Assembly (NCBI RefSeq): GCF_000023205.1
Contig: NC_012803.1
Location: forward strand, 1,500,001 to 1,532,000
Length of the DNA stretch: 32,000 nt
Source of the DNA: Micrococcus luteus NCTC 2665
GTDB taxonomy: Bacteria; Actinomycetota; Actinomycetes; Actinomycetales; Micrococcaceae
Reading direction: 5' to 3'
The translations under genes were made by a program, and so were the position numbers. Within the stretch, counting starts at the first letter, position 1. Each line of letters begins with the position of its first letter. Shown here piece after piece: positions 8,920-19,137 of the stretch. The notes beneath the pieces are model-generated. The model did no database searches, was not told the origin of the DNA, and worked only from the letters and a program-made list of their open reading frames with translations.

Positions 8920-10332
8920 TCAGGCCCGCGGCGCGCGGCGCTCGGGGTGCGAGAGGGCCTCGGTGACCTTGAACGCCATCTCCAGGGACTGCTGGTGGTT
9001 CAGCCGCGGGTCGCACAGCGTCTCGTAGCGGGCGTCGAAGTCGGCCTCGTTGATCGGGTCGGAGCCGCCCAGGCACTCGGCGACGTCGTCGCCGGTCAGC
9101 TCGACGTGCATGCCGCCCGGGTGCGTGCCGAGCTCGCGGTGCACCTCGAAGAAGCCGCTGACCTCGTCCATCACGTCCTCGAACCGGCGGGTCTTGTAGC
9201 CGTTGGCCGCGGTCACGGTGTTGCCGTGCATGGGGTCGGTGACCCACACCGGCTCCAGCCCTGCGTCGCGGACGCCCTCGACGATGCCGGGCAGCACGTC
9301 CCGGATCCGCTCCGCACCCATGCGGGTGATGAAGGTCAGGCGGCCCGGCTCGCGCTCCGGGTCCAGCCGCTCGGCGAGCTCGAGCGCGTCCGCGACCGTG
9401 GTGGTCGGGCCGAGCTTCACGCCGATCGGGTTGCGGACCCGGGAGAGGAAGTCGACGTGGGCGCCGTCCACCTGGCGGGTGCGCTCGCCGATCCACAGGA
9501 AGTGGGCGCTCGTGGCGCAGGGGTCGCCGCTGCGCGAGTCCACGCGGGTCAGGGCGCGTTCGTAGTCGAGCAGGAGCGCCTCGTGGGCCGAGTAGAACTC
9601 GGTGCGGCGCATGGCCTCGAAGTCCACGCCCGCGGCGTTCATGAAACGGACCGCGCGGTCGATCTCGGCGGCCATCTCCTCGTACTGGGCGTAGGCCGGG
9701 TTGGCCATGAAGCCCTGGTTCCACTGGTGCACGCTGCGCAGATCGGCGAAGCCGCCCTGGGTGAAGGCGCGGACCAGGTTCAGGGTGGAGGCGGAGGTGT
9801 GGTACGCCTGCACCATCCGTCGGGCGTCGTGCCGGCGGGCCTGCTCGGTGAACTCGTAGCCGTTCACGATCTCGCCGCGGAAGCTGGGCAGCGTGACGCC
9901 GTCGCGGGTCTCCGTGTCCGAGGACCGCGGCTTCGCGAACTGGCCGGCGATCCGACCCATCTTCACGACCGGCATGGAGGCGCCGTAGGTCAGCACCGCG
10001 GCCATCTGCAGGATGGTCTTCACCCGGGCGCTGATCCGGTTGGCGGTGGACCCGGCGAACGTCTCAGCGCAGTCGCCGCCCTGCAGGAGGAACGCGCGGC
10101 CCTGGGCGACGTCGGCCAGACGGGCGCGCAGCAGGTCGACCTCGCCCGCGAAGACGAGCGGGGGCAGAGCGCTCAGCTCGGCGACGGCGGCGTGGTGATC
10201 GGCCTCGTCCGCCCAGGACGGCGCCTGCGCGATCGGCAGCGAGCGCCAGTGGTCCAGACCGGGGATGTCGGCGGCGCCCTCCGAGATGGCGGTGCCGAAG
10301 GCCAGGATCTTCTCGCGGGGGTCTTCAGTCAT
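8920..10332 (-). CDS. aroG: Class II 3-deoxy-7-phosphoheptulonate (DAHP) synthase
   Basis: ATG at 10332-10330 gives 470 aa starting MTEDPREKILAFG..WRSLPIAQAPSWAD. Class II family motifs LLQGGDCAETF, KMGRIAGQFAKPRS, WIGERTRQ and DPMHGNT. The upstream 184 codons of the ORF are Arg/Gly junk. Confidence 0.92.
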   Translation of the reverse strand: MTEDPREKILAFGTAISEGAADIPGLDHWRSLPIAQAPSWADEADHHAAVAELSALPPLVFAGEVDLLRARLADVAQGRAFLLQGGDCAETFAGSTANRISARVKTILQMAAVLTYGASMPVVKMGRIAGQFAKPRSSDTETRDGVTLPSFRGEIVNGYEFTEQARRHDARRMVQAYHTSASTLNLVRAFTQGGFADLRSVHQWNQGFMANPAYAQYEEMAAEIDRAVRFMNAAGVDFEAMRRTEFYSAHEALLLDYERALTRVDSRSGDPCATSAHFLWIGERTRQVDGAHVDFLSRVRNPIGVKLGPTTTVADALELAERLDPEREPGRLTFITRMGAERIRDVLPGIVEGVRDAGLEPVWVTDPMHGNTVTAANGYKTRRFEDVMDEVSGFFEVHRELGTHPGGMHVELTGDDVAECLGGSDPINEADFDARYETLCDPRLNHQQSLEMAFKVTEALSHPERRAPRA

Positions 10333-10403
10333 GCACACCAGGCTAGGGGCCGCGGGCCGCGCCCCGGTCTGGGCGTCCCCGGATGACGACGCGCGGGCCC
10401 CGC

Positions 10404-11111
10404 TCAGTCGCGGGCGCGCGGCGGAGCGGCCATGCGGCCCGCCTTCACGTCCGCCGCGTAGGTGTCCACGTACTCCTGGCCCGACAGGCGCCGGATGGCC
10501 TCCATGATCTCGTCCGTCACCTCCCGCAGCACCCGGCGGTCGTCGGCGGCCTCGGCACGGCCGGAGAAGTCCAGCGGCTCGCCGAAGATCATGCCCAGGC
10601 GCCGGATCCGCGGCAGCACGTGGCCGATCGGCTGGACCCGGTCCGTGCCGATCATCGCGATGGGCACCACGGGCGCGCCCGAGGCCAGCGCAAGCTTGGC
10701 CACGCCGATCCTGCCTCGATGCAGCCGCCCGTCCGGGCTGCGGGTGCCCTCCGGGTAGATCCCGAGCAGCCGGCCCTCCCGCAGCGCCTCGAGGCCCGCG
10801 TCCAGCGAGCGCAGGGACGCCTCTCCGCCGGAGCGGTCCATGGGCAGCTGGTTCGCGGCCTCGAAGAACCGGCGGGTGACCCACCCCTTCACGCCCGGGC
10901 CGGTGAAGTACTCGTGCTTGGCCAGGAAGTGCACCTGGCGGTCGAGCATGGCCGGCATGAACACCGAGTCCGAGACGGACAGGTGGTTGCTGGCCAGGAT
11001 CGCCGGCCCCTCGGTCGGCACGTTCCCGAGGCCCTTCACCCAGGGGCGGAACAGCAGGCGGGTGGCCGGAGCCACGGCGAACGTCTTGGCGGACCAGTAG
11101 AACGTGGACAC
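10404..11111 (-). CDS. plsC: 1-acyl-sn-glycerol-3-phosphate acyltransferase
   Basis: 235 aa. Acyltransferase block I NHLSVSDS (HX4D) and block III YPEGTRSPDG. Confidence 0.85.
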   Translation of the reverse strand: MSTFYWSAKTFAVAPATRLLFRPWVKGLGNVPTEGPAILASNHLSVSDSVFMPAMLDRQVHFLAKHEYFTGPGVKGWVTRRFFEAANQLPMDRSGGEASLRSLDAGLEALREGRLLGIYPEGTRSPDGRLHRGRIGVAKLALASGAPVVPIAMIGTDRVQPIGHVLPRIRRLGMIFGEPLDFSGRAEAADDRRVLREVTDEIMEAIRRLSGQEYVDTYAADVKAGRMAAPPRARD

Positions 11112-11179
11112 GAGGGCCTTCCGGTCGGGGCGGTCGGGTGCCTGCCCATCGTACGGTTCCCCTGCCTTACCCTGGCACC

Positions 11180-11950
11180 ATGCCCCGCCCCGTCGCCGTC
11201 GCCCCCGAGGACCTCCCCCTGCGCCTCATGCCCGCCGCTCCCGCCCGGCGCGACCACTGCGTCGTGCTCCTGCACGGGTTCACCTCGACTCCGGCCTCCG
11301 TCCGCGCCTGGGCCGAGGGGCTCGCGGCAGGCGGCTCCCCCGTGAGCGTGCCCCTGCTGCCGGGGCACGGCACCCGGTGGGAGGACCTGGCCGCCACCGG
11401 TGCGGACGAGATCCGCGCCGCCGTCCGGGCCGTCGTGGACCTCGAGCTCGCCCGACACGGCCGCGTGGTCATGGCGGGCATCTCGATGGGCGGCGCCCTC
11501 GCGCTCGACGCCGCGGCCCACCGACCCGTGGCCGGGGTGCTCGTGGTGAACCCCGCGCTGCGCTTCGCCAGCCCGCTCGCCCCCTTCGCCCCGCTGCTGG
11601 CCCCGTTCGTCCCCACGGTCGACCCGATCGCGGACGACATCGCGGACCCGACGGCGCGCGAGCGCGCCTACCCCCGCACGCCGACGGCCGGCGTCGCCGC
11701 CCTCGGCCGCATCCAGCGGGCCGCCCGCCGCGCCCTGCCGCAGATCACGGCGCCCGTGACGGTCTACCGGTCCGCCCGCGACGCCGTCGTGCCCGCCTCG
11801 AGCCACCGGACCCTGGTGCGGGGCCTGCGCCAGGCCCCCGTGGAGGTGGTGGGACTGCCCCGCAGCCGCCACGTCGCCACGCTCGACTACGACCTGCCGC
11901 TGCTGATCGACCACGGCCGGAGCGCGGTCGCCGCCATGACGACGCACTGA
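11180..11950 (+). CDS. Alpha/beta-fold hydrolase (esterase / lysophospholipase-like)
   Basis: VVLLHGFTSTP, the nucleophile elbow GISMGGALAL, and a C-terminal SRHVATLDYD (His). The start could also be ATG 11138. Confidence 0.75.
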   Translation: MPRPVAVAPEDLPLRLMPAAPARRDHCVVLLHGFTSTPASVRAWAEGLAAGGSPVSVPLLPGHGTRWEDLAATGADEIRAAVRAVVDLELARHGRVVMAGISMGGALALDAAAHRPVAGVLVVNPALRFASPLAPFAPLLAPFVPTVDPIADDIADPTARERAYPRTPTAGVAALGRIQRAARRALPQITAPVTVYRSARDAVVPASSHRTLVRGLRQAPVEVVGLPRSRHVATLDYDLPLLIDHGRSAVAAMTTH

Positions 11951-12065
11951 GTCGCGCCCCGGACCCCACCGCTCCCGGTTGTAGAGTGTGCGTGACACGA
12001 CTCACACTTACTTCCGTTCTGCCGACCACCGGTCGTCGGAACCGACCCAACGCCCGAGGAGTCCC

Positions 12066-13901
12066 ATGCACGAGATCAGCGAGCCGTACCAGCCCCGCCT
12101 GTCCCCGGAGGCGAACATCACGGACTTCCTGGAACGCCAGGCCACGGAGCGTCCCGACCACGGCCTCTTCGCGGTGGCGGACGCGCAGGATCAGTGGACG
12201 GACGTCTCCGCCCGGGACGCCCGCGAACGCGTGCGGGCCCTGGCCAAGGGGCTCATCGCCGCCGGGATCCAGCCCGGGGAGACGGTCGGGCTCCTGGCCT
12301 CCACCCGCCTGGAGTGGACACTGGTCGACTTCGCCATCTGGTATGCCGGCGCGGTCACCGTGCCCGTGTACGAGACCTCCTCCGTCAGCCAGGTGTCCTG
12401 GATCATCGAGGACTCGCACGTGCGCGCCGTCGTGACCGGGAACGAGGACCTCGCCAAGACGGTGCGGGACGCGGTGCAGCGCGAGGGCCTGCCGGAGCTG
12501 ATCGGCCTGTGGACGATGGACCCGGCCGACGGCGCCCCCGGCTCCGGTCTCGAGGCGCTCGTCGCCCTGGGCACGGACGTCACCGATGAGGAGCTCGAGA
12601 CGCGCCGGTCCTCCGCCGGCCTGGCCGACCTGGCGACCATCATCTACACCTCCGGCACCACGGGCCGACCCAAGGGCTGCGAGCTCACGCACGAGAACTT
12701 CGCGGAGCTCGTCAACCAGACCCTGTCCTCCTCGCTCGGCGACGTCGTGCGCCAGGACACCTCCACCGTGCTGTTCATCCCCCTGGCGCACGTGTTCGCG
12801 CGCTTCGTCTCCGTGCTCACCGTCGCCGCGGGCGCACGCTGCGGGCACGTCTCGGACATCAAGCGGCTCTCGGTCTCCCTGCAGACCTTCCAGCCGAGCT
12901 TCGTGCTGGCCGTGCCGCGCGTGTTCGAGAAGATCTACAACGCGGCGCTGCTCAACGCGCAGAGCGGCGGCAAGGAGAAGATCTTCCGCCGTGGCGCGGA
13001 CGTGGCGATCCGCTGGTCCCGGGCGCTGGACTCGGGCCAGATGACGGCGCCCCTGCGGCTGCAGCGCGCGTTCTACTCCGCGCTGATCTACCGCCGGATC
13101 CGGACGGCCATGGGCGGCCGGCTCGCGTACGCGGTCTCCGGCGGCGGCCCCCTCTCCACCGACCTGGCGCACTTCTTCCGCGGCGTGGGCGTGACCATCC
13201 TCGAGGGCTACGGCCTCACCGAGACGACGGCCCCCATCACCGTGGGCCGGCCGGACCGGCTGAAGATCGGCACGGTCGGACACCCCCTCGGCGGCAACCA
13301 GGTGCGGATCGCCGAGGACGGCGAGATCCTCACGCGCGGCACGTCGCTGATGCGCGGCTACCACAACCGGCCGGAGGCGAACGAGGAGGCTTTCGAGGAC
13401 GGCTGGTTCCGCACCGGCGACCTCGGGGCCCTGGACGACGACGGCTTCCTCACGATCACCGGCCGCAAGAAGGAGCTGCTGGTGACGGCCGGCGGCAAGA
13501 ACGTGGCACCGGCGATGCTCGAGGACGCGATCCGCAGCGACGCGCTCATCTCCCAGGTGATGGTGGTCGGCGACGGCAAGCCCTTCATCGCGGCGATCGT
13601 CACCCTCGACACCGACACCCTGCCCGCGTGGCTCGCCGCGAACGGGCTGCCGAAGGACCTCGACGTCGCCGCGGCCGCACGCGAGGACGCGGTGCGCCGC
13701 CACATCCAGGAGGCCGTGGACAAGGCCAACAGCCTGGTCTCGCGCGCCGAGGGGATCCGGGAGTTCCGCATCCTCGACCGCGACTTCTCCCTGGAGGAGG
13801 GCCATGTGACCCCGTCCCTGAAGATGCGCCGGTCGGCGATCATGAAGGACTTCGCCGCGCAGATCGCGGACATCTACGGGGAGCCCGCCCCGCAGAACTG
13901 A
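12066..13901 (+). CDS. fadD: Long-chain fatty-acid--CoA ligase (FadD15-like AMP-binding enzyme)
   Basis: ATG 12066 (MHEISEPYQP..). AMP-binding motif IIYTSGTTGRPKGCELTH, plus GYGLTETT, TGDLG..DDGFLTITGRKKELLVTAGGKNVAP. Confidence 0.9.
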   Translation: MHEISEPYQPRLSPEANITDFLERQATERPDHGLFAVADAQDQWTDVSARDARERVRALAKGLIAAGIQPGETVGLLASTRLEWTLVDFAIWYAGAVTVPVYETSSVSQVSWIIEDSHVRAVVTGNEDLAKTVRDAVQREGLPELIGLWTMDPADGAPGSGLEALVALGTDVTDEELETRRSSAGLADLATIIYTSGTTGRPKGCELTHENFAELVNQTLSSSLGDVVRQDTSTVLFIPLAHVFARFVSVLTVAAGARCGHVSDIKRLSVSLQTFQPSFVLAVPRVFEKIYNAALLNAQSGGKEKIFRRGADVAIRWSRALDSGQMTAPLRLQRAFYSALIYRRIRTAMGGRLAYAVSGGGPLSTDLAHFFRGVGVTILEGYGLTETTAPITVGRPDRLKIGTVGHPLGGNQVRIAEDGEILTRGTSLMRGYHNRPEANEEAFEDGWFRTGDLGALDDDGFLTITGRKKELLVTAGGKNVAPAMLEDAIRSDALISQVMVVGDGKPFIAAIVTLDTDTLPAWLAANGLPKDLDVAAAAREDAVRRHIQEAVDKANSLVSRAEGIREFRILDRDFSLEEGHVTPSLKMRRSAIMKDFAAQIADIYGEPAPQN

Positions 13902-13911
13902 ACGCCCCCTC

Positions 13912-13950
13912 GACGACGGCGCCCGGCCCCCGCGGCCGGGCGTCGTCGTC
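13912..13950. terminator. 17-bp-stem hairpin between convergent fadD and the mtr-like gene
   Basis: GACGACGGCGCCCGGCC-cccgc-GGCCGGGCGTCGTCGTC, with one G-T pair. It sits in the 62-bp gap between two converging stops. Confidence 0.55.
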
Positions 13951-13963
13951 CCCGCGGGTCCGG

Positions 13964-15427
13964 TCAGAGCAGACCGGAGTCCGGCACGTCCAGGCCCAGC
14001 AGCGCGTTCTCGACGACCTCGGTGAGGGCCGGGTGGGGCCAGTACTGGCCCCGCGCGAGCCGGTGGGCGTCGATGCCGAACGCCATGCCGGTCACGAGCG
14101 GCTGGATGAGGTTCGCGGCCTCGTGCCCCAGGATGTGCCCGCCCAGGATCCGTCCGGTGGCCTTCTCCGCGACGACGGTGCACACACCCTCGGTGTCCTC
14201 CATGGCCCAGCCGTAGGCGACGTCCCCGAAGGACTGGGTCTTCACCGTGATCGCGTCCGCGCCGTAGTCGGCGAGCGCCTGCTCCACCGTGAGCCCGACG
14301 GAGGCCGCCTGCGGGTGGGTGAACACGGCCGCCGGCACGGGGCCGAGCGTGTTGGCGCGGAGGTCGTCCGGATGCTCCAGGTTGTGCGCGACGACGCGGG
14401 CCTCGTGGTTGGCCACGTGCTTGAGCTGCCACGTGTTGGCGACGTCCCCGAGCACGTAGACCCCCTCCACCGGCGCACCGTCGGAGAGCGCGCGCTGGTG
14501 CTCGTCGCTGGCCAGGACGCCGTCGTCGGTGACGTCCAGTCCCGCGGCGGCGGGGTCGAGGCGGTCCGTGTTCGGCGTCCGGCCGACCGCGATCAGCACC
14601 GCGTCCGCCTCGATGGCCTCCTCCACGATGCCGGTCTGCTCCTGGCCCTCCGCGCGATCCAGGCGCACCCGGACCCAGCCGTCCGCGGCCCGCTCGGCGT
14701 CCTCGACCGGTTCGATCCCGGCCGGGGTCCACCCCGTGCGCAGGTCCCACCGTCGGGCCGCGATCCTCGTGAACGTCGTGGACACGGACATGTCGTGCTG
14801 CTTGAGCAGCCGGTGGCCGCGGTTGACCTGGACGACCTCGGTGCCCAGCCCGGCGAAGACGGACGCGAACTCGCAGGCGATGAACCCGCCGCCCACCACG
14901 AGCAGCCGCCGCGGCAGCCGATCCAGTCGCATGACGGTGTCCGAGGTGTGCACCGACGGCAGGTCCAGACCTGGGATCTCCGGGAGGGTGGGCCGCGACC
15001 CCGCGGCGACCACGACCTGGTCCGCCGTGATCTCCCGACCCGAGGCGGTGCGCACGCGGCGGGGACCGACGAAGCGCACCTCCTCCTGGATCACGCTCGT
15101 GTAGTCCAGATCATCCCGGCGGTAGCGCAGCCCGTCCCGGCTGATGCCGTCGATGCGCGTGAAGATGCGGTCCCGGATGGCCGGGAAGTCGGCGCCCGTG
15201 AACTCCAGCCCCACCCCGAGGCTCCGGGCCTCGGGCGGCAGCGCCGCCAGGCTGGCCGGGTAGGCGTACATCTTGGTGGGGATGCAGCCGACGTTCAGGC
15301 AGGTGCCGCCGAACGTGCCGGAGTCGGCGATCACGACGCTCCGGCCCTTCCAGTGTTCGCTGACCAGGGAGTTCCCCGATCCGGATCCGATGATGAGCAG
15401 GTCGTGGTGTTCCGCAGTGGTGGCCAT
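13964..15427 (-). CDS. mtr: Mycothione reductase-like FAD/NAD(P) pyridine nucleotide-disulfide oxidoreductase
   Basis: MATTAEHHDLLIIGSGSGNS (Mtr-type dinucleotide fold), redox-active disulfide GGTCLNVGCIPTK, C-terminal dimerisation domain with the HPALTE motif. Confidence 0.8.
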   Translation of the reverse strand: MATTAEHHDLLIIGSGSGNSLVSEHWKGRSVVIADSGTFGGTCLNVGCIPTKMYAYPASLAALPPEARSLGVGLEFTGADFPAIRDRIFTRIDGISRDGLRYRRDDLDYTSVIQEEVRFVGPRRVRTASGREITADQVVVAAGSRPTLPEIPGLDLPSVHTSDTVMRLDRLPRRLLVVGGGFIACEFASVFAGLGTEVVQVNRGHRLLKQHDMSVSTTFTRIAARRWDLRTGWTPAGIEPVEDAERAADGWVRVRLDRAEGQEQTGIVEEAIEADAVLIAVGRTPNTDRLDPAAAGLDVTDDGVLASDEHQRALSDGAPVEGVYVLGDVANTWQLKHVANHEARVVAHNLEHPDDLRANTLGPVPAAVFTHPQAASVGLTVEQALADYGADAITVKTQSFGDVAYGWAMEDTEGVCTVVAEKATGRILGGHILGHEAANLIQPLVTGMAFGIDAHRLARGQYWPHPALTEVVENALLGLDVPDSGLL

Positions 15428-15508
15428 GCCTCCCAGGATAGGCACGGGCCCGGACGCGTGGCGTCCGGGCCCGTGGGGTGGCCCGCCGGCGGCGGGCTCA
15501 CGCGGGGC

Positions 15509-18500
15509 TCACTCGATCACGAGCAGCAGGTCCCCGCCGTTGACGGGCGTGATGCCCTCCGTGACCACGCGGCGCACGGTGCCCGCGGCCTGGGCCGTGA
15601 TCGCGGCCTCCATCTTCATCGCCTCGATCGTGGCCACCGCCTGGCCGACCTCGACGGCGTCGCCCTCGGCCACCTGGACGGTGACCGAGCCCGCGAACGG
15701 GGCGGCGACGTGGCCGGGGGTGCCGGGGTCCGCCTTCTCCGCGGTCCGCACGGTGGACTCGATCGAGCGGTCGCGGACGGTCATCTGGCGCAGCTGGCCG
15801 TTCAGGGTGACCATCACGGTGCGCATGCCCTTCTCGTCCGGCTCGGAGACGGACATGAGGGTGGCGAGCAGCCGCACACCGCGTCCGAGCGAGATGACGT
15901 GCTCGCGCCCGGGGACGAGGCCGTAGAGGAAGTCGCGGGTGTGCAGGGTGACGGTGTCCCCGAACTCCTCGCGGTGCGCCTCGAACTCCTTCGTGGGGCC
16001 GGGGAAGAGCAGGCGGTTCAGCACCCCGCGGCGGGTCTGTCCGGCCTCGGCGAGGGCGCTCGAGTCCTCCGCGGAGATCTCCACCATGCCCGCGCCCTCG
16101 CGGCGACCCTGGAGGGCCTTGGTCCGGAAGGGCTCCGGCCAGCCGCCGGGCGGGTCGCCGAGCTCACCGCGCAGGAAGCCGATCACGGAGTCCGGGATGT
16201 CGAACTCCTGCGGACGCTCCGCGAACTCCTTCGGGTCCACGCCGGAGCCGACCAGCTGCAGCGCCAGATCGCCCACCACCTTGGAGGACGGGGTGACCTT
16301 GACGAGGTGGCCGAGCAGGTCGTCGGCCGCGGCGTACATCGACTCGATGGCCTCGAACCGCTCCCCCAGGCCGAGCGCGATCGCCTGCGTGCGCAGGTTG
16401 GACAGCTGGCCGCCCGGGATCTCGTGGTGGTACACGCGGCCGGTCGGGGCGGGCAGCCCCGCCTCGAAGGGCGCGTACGCCGAGCGGACGGACTCCCAGT
16501 AGGGCTCCATCGCGGTGGCGGCCTCGAGGCCGAGACCGGTGTCCCGCTCCGTGTGCTCGAGCGCCGCCACCAGGGCGGACAGCGGCACCTGGCTGGTGGT
16601 GCCCGCCATGGACGCGGTGGCCGCGTCGACGGCGTCCACGCCGGCCTCCGCCGCTGCGAGCAGGGTGGCCAGCTGACCGCCGGCGGTGTCGTGCGTGTGC
16701 AGGTGCACGGGCAGGTCGAACTCGGCGCGCAGGGCGGTGACCAGCTCGCGCGCCGCGGCGGGCCGCAGCAGGCCCGCCATGTCCTTGATCGCCAGGACGT
16801 GGGCGCCGGCGTCGACCATCCGGCGGGCGAGGCCCAGGTAGTAGTCGAGCGTGTAGAGCGTCTCCTTCGGGTCCGTCATGTTGCCCGTGTAGCACAGGGC
16901 CGCCTCGGCCACGGCGGTGCCCGTGGCACGCACCGCCTCGATGGCCGGGGCGATCTGTTCGACGTCGTTGAGGGCGTCGAAGATGCGGAACACGTCGACG
17001 CCGGACGCCGCGGCCTCGGCCACGAACGCGTCCGTCACCTCGGTGGGGTACGGCGTGTATCCCACCGTGTTGCGGCCGCGCAGCAGCATCTGGATCGGGA
17101 TGTTCGGCAGCTCTGCGCGCAGCAGCTCGAGGCGCTGCCACGGGTCCTCGTGGAGGAAGCGCAGCGCGACGTCGTACGTCGCCCCGCCCCAGGCCTCCAC
17201 CGAGAGCAGCCCCGGCAGGGTGTGCGCGACGGCGGGGGCGGCGGCCAGCAGGTCGCGCGTGCGGACGCGGGTGGCCAGCAGGGACTGGTGGGCGTCGCGG
17301 AACGTGGTGTCCGTGACGGCCAGCGCGGTCTGCTCACGCAGGGTGCGGGCGAAGCCCTCGGGGCCCTGCTCCAGCAGCACCTGACGCCAGCCGTGCGGGG
17401 GCACCGCGTCCTCGTTCCGACTCGGGCCGTCGAAGGGCGAGCGGTCCGGCTCCTGGTGCTTGTCGCCCGGGTGCTCCGGGAGGCGGTCACGAGGGTCGAT
17501 GCCCTCGACGCGCGGGCCGTGCGGCTGGTTGACGGTGACGTCCACGAGATACTGCAGGGCCTTGGATCCGCGGTCCTGGGAGCGGTTCACCGTGGCCAGC
17601 TCGGGGTGCTTGTCGATGAAGTCCGTGGCGACGTCGCCGCTGAGGAACTGCGGGTCGTCCATCACGTTCATCAGGAACGGGATGTTGGTGGCCACGCCGC
17701 GCACGCGGAACTCTGCCAGGGCGCGGCGCACGCGGCGCACGGCCGTGGCGTAGTCGCGTCCGCGGCAGGTGAGCTTGACCAGCATGGAGTCGAAGTGCGG
17801 GCTGATCTCCGCACCGGCGTAGATGGTGCCGCCGTCGAGGCGCACACCGGAGCCGCCGGCCGAGCGGTAGGCGGTGATGGTGCCGGTGTCCGGGCGGAAG
17901 CCGTTGGCCGGGTCCTCGGTGGTGATGCGGCACTGGATGGCGAAGCCGCGGACCTGGAGGGCGTCCTGCGTGATGCCCAGCTCGGGCAGGGTGGCGCCGG
18001 CGGCGATGCGCAGCTGCGCGCCCACCAGGTCCACGTCCGTGACCTCCTCGGTCACGGTGTGCTCCACCTGGATGCGGGGGTTCATCTCGATGAACACGTG
18101 CTGGCCCGCACGCTCGCCCGCCGTGTCCACGAGGAACTCGACGGTGCCCGCGTTGACGTACCCCATCTCCTTGGCGAAGGCGACGGCGTCCCGGTGCAGG
18201 GCCTGCCGGATCTCCTCGTCCAGGTTCGGGGCCGGGGCCATCTCGATGACCTTCTGGTGGCGGCGCTGGAGCGAGCAGTCCCGCTCGAAGAGGTGCACGA
18301 CGTTGCCCTCGCCGTCGGCGAGGATCTGCACCTCGATGTGCCGCGGACGCAGGACGGCCTGCTCGAGGAACACGGTGGGGTCGCCGAAGGCGGTGTCCGC
18401 CTCGCGCATCGCGGCCTCGAGTGAGCCGCGCAGGTCCTCGCGGCGCTCGACGCGGCGCATGCCGCGGCCGCCGCCTCCGGCGACGGCCTTGACGAAGATG

Positions 18501-19027
18501 GGGAAGCCGATCTCCTCGGCCTGCTCCAGGAGCCACTCGACGTCGGCGCTCGGGTCCGAGGAGGCCAGGGTGGGGATGCCCGCACGCTTGGCCGCGCGCA
18601 GGGCCTCGACCTTGTTGCCGGTCAGCTCGAGGACGTCGGCGGGCGGGCCGACGAAGGTGATCCCGTTCTCGGCCGCGGCACGGGCCAGGCCGGCGTTCTC
18701 CGACAGGAAGCCGTAGCCCGGATAGATCGCGTCGGCCCCGGCGTCCTTCGCCACGCGGATGATCTCGTCCACGTCGAGGTAGGCGCGCACGGGGTGGCCC
18801 TCCTCGCCGATGCGGTAGGCCTCGTCCGCCTTCTGGCGGTGGATCGAATTGCGGTCCTCGTAGGGGAAGACGGCGACGGTGCGGGCGCCCAGCTCGTAGC
18901 AGGCGCGGAAGGCGCGGACAGCGATCTCGCCGCGGTTGGCCACCAAGACCTTGGAGAAGACGGCGCCGGCTCCGGTCGACCCGGCCGCGTCCTCTGGAGG
19001 GGTGAAGTTCTCGACAGGTGCGGTCAT
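15509..19027 (-). CDS. pyc: Pyruvate carboxylase
   Basis: About 1170 aa. Biotin carboxylase N-terminus KVLVANRGEIAVRAFRA, carboxyltransferase TIM-barrel region (LLRGRNTVGY, HTHDTAG), C-terminal biotinyl motif EAMKME. Start taken at ATG 19027; it could be slightly different. Confidence 0.95.
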   Translation of the reverse strand: MTAPVENFTPPEDAAGSTGAGAVFSKVLVANRGEIAVRAFRACYELGARTVAVFPYEDRNSIHRQKADEAYRIGEEGHPVRAYLDVDEIIRVAKDAGADAIYPGYGFLSENAGLARAAAENGITFVGPPADVLELTGNKVEALRAAKRAGIPTLASSDPSADVEWLLEQAEEIGFPIFVKAVAGGGGRGMRRVERREDLRGSLEAAMREADTAFGDPTVFLEQAVLRPRHIEVQILADGEGNVVHLFERDCSLQRRHQKVIEMAPAPNLDEEIRQALHRDAVAFAKEMGYVNAGTVEFLVDTAGERAGQHVFIEMNPRIQVEHTVTEEVTDVDLVGAQLRIAAGATLPELGITQDALQVRGFAIQCRITTEDPANGFRPDTGTITAYRSAGGSGVRLDGGTIYAGAEISPHFDSMLVKLTCRGRDYATAVRRVRRALAEFRVRGVATNIPFLMNVMDDPQFLSGDVATDFIDKHPELATVNRSQDRGSKALQYLVDVTVNQPHGPRVEGIDPRDRLPEHPGDKHQEPDRSPFDGPSRNEDAVPPHGWRQVLLEQGPEGFARTLREQTALAVTDTTFRDAHQSLLATRVRTRDLLAAAPAVAHTLPGLLSVEAWGGATYDVALRFLHEDPWQRLELLRAELPNIPIQMLLRGRNTVGYTPYPTEVTDAFVAEAAASGVDVFRIFDALNDVEQIAPAIEAVRATGTAVAEAALCYTGNMTDPKETLYTLDYYLGLARRMVDAGAHVLAIKDMAGLLRPAAARELVTALRAEFDLPVHLHTHDTAGGQLATLLAAAEAGVDAVDAATASMAGTTSQVPLSALVAALEHTERDTGLGLEAATAMEPYWESVRSAYAPFEAGLPAPTGRVYHHEIPGGQLSNLRTQAIALGLGERFEAIESMYAAADDLLGHLVKVTPSSKVVGDLALQLVGSGVDPKEFAERPQEFDIPDSVIGFLRGELGDPPGGWPEPFRTKALQGRREGAGMVEISAEDSSALAEAGQTRRGVLNRLLFPGPTKEFEAHREEFGDTVTLHTRDFLYGLVPGREHVISLGRGVRLLATLMSVSEPDEKGMRTVMVTLNGQLRQMTVRDRSIESTVRTAEKADPGTPGHVAAPFAGSVTVQVAEGDAVEVGQAVATIEAMKMEAAITAQAAGTVRRVVTEGITPVNGGDLLLVIE

Positions 19028-19137
19028 GGTTGGGAGTGTGTCACACCGCACGCGAGTTCCGCCTCGTGTCGCGCACACTCACCGCTGCGAGACGAAAGAT
19101 GACTGGCTCGGCCCTCCGGGGCGCCCGCGGTGGAGGG

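Noticed and set aside
10333-10884. Upstream extension of the DAHP synthase ORF (and similar extensions of the DUF3040, garA, apt and dtpT ORFs)
   Set aside because: Family similarity starts at internal ATG/GTG codons. The extensions are Arg/Pro/Gly-rich, overlap neighbouring genes or intergenic DNA, and have poorer third-position GC.
11745-14750. 1001-aa minus-strand ORF
   Set aside because: It is antisense to the acyl-CoA ligase (clear AMP-binding motifs on the plus strand) and out of frame with the mtr-like gene. It is Arg/Gly/Pro-rich low-complexity sequence.
13628-18424. 1598-aa ORF on the plus strand
   Set aside because: It is entirely antisense to the well-supported mtr-like and pyruvate carboxylase genes. 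The composition is Arg/Gly/Ala/Val-rich with no motifs. This is a typical stop-codon-poor shadow frame in high-GC DNA.
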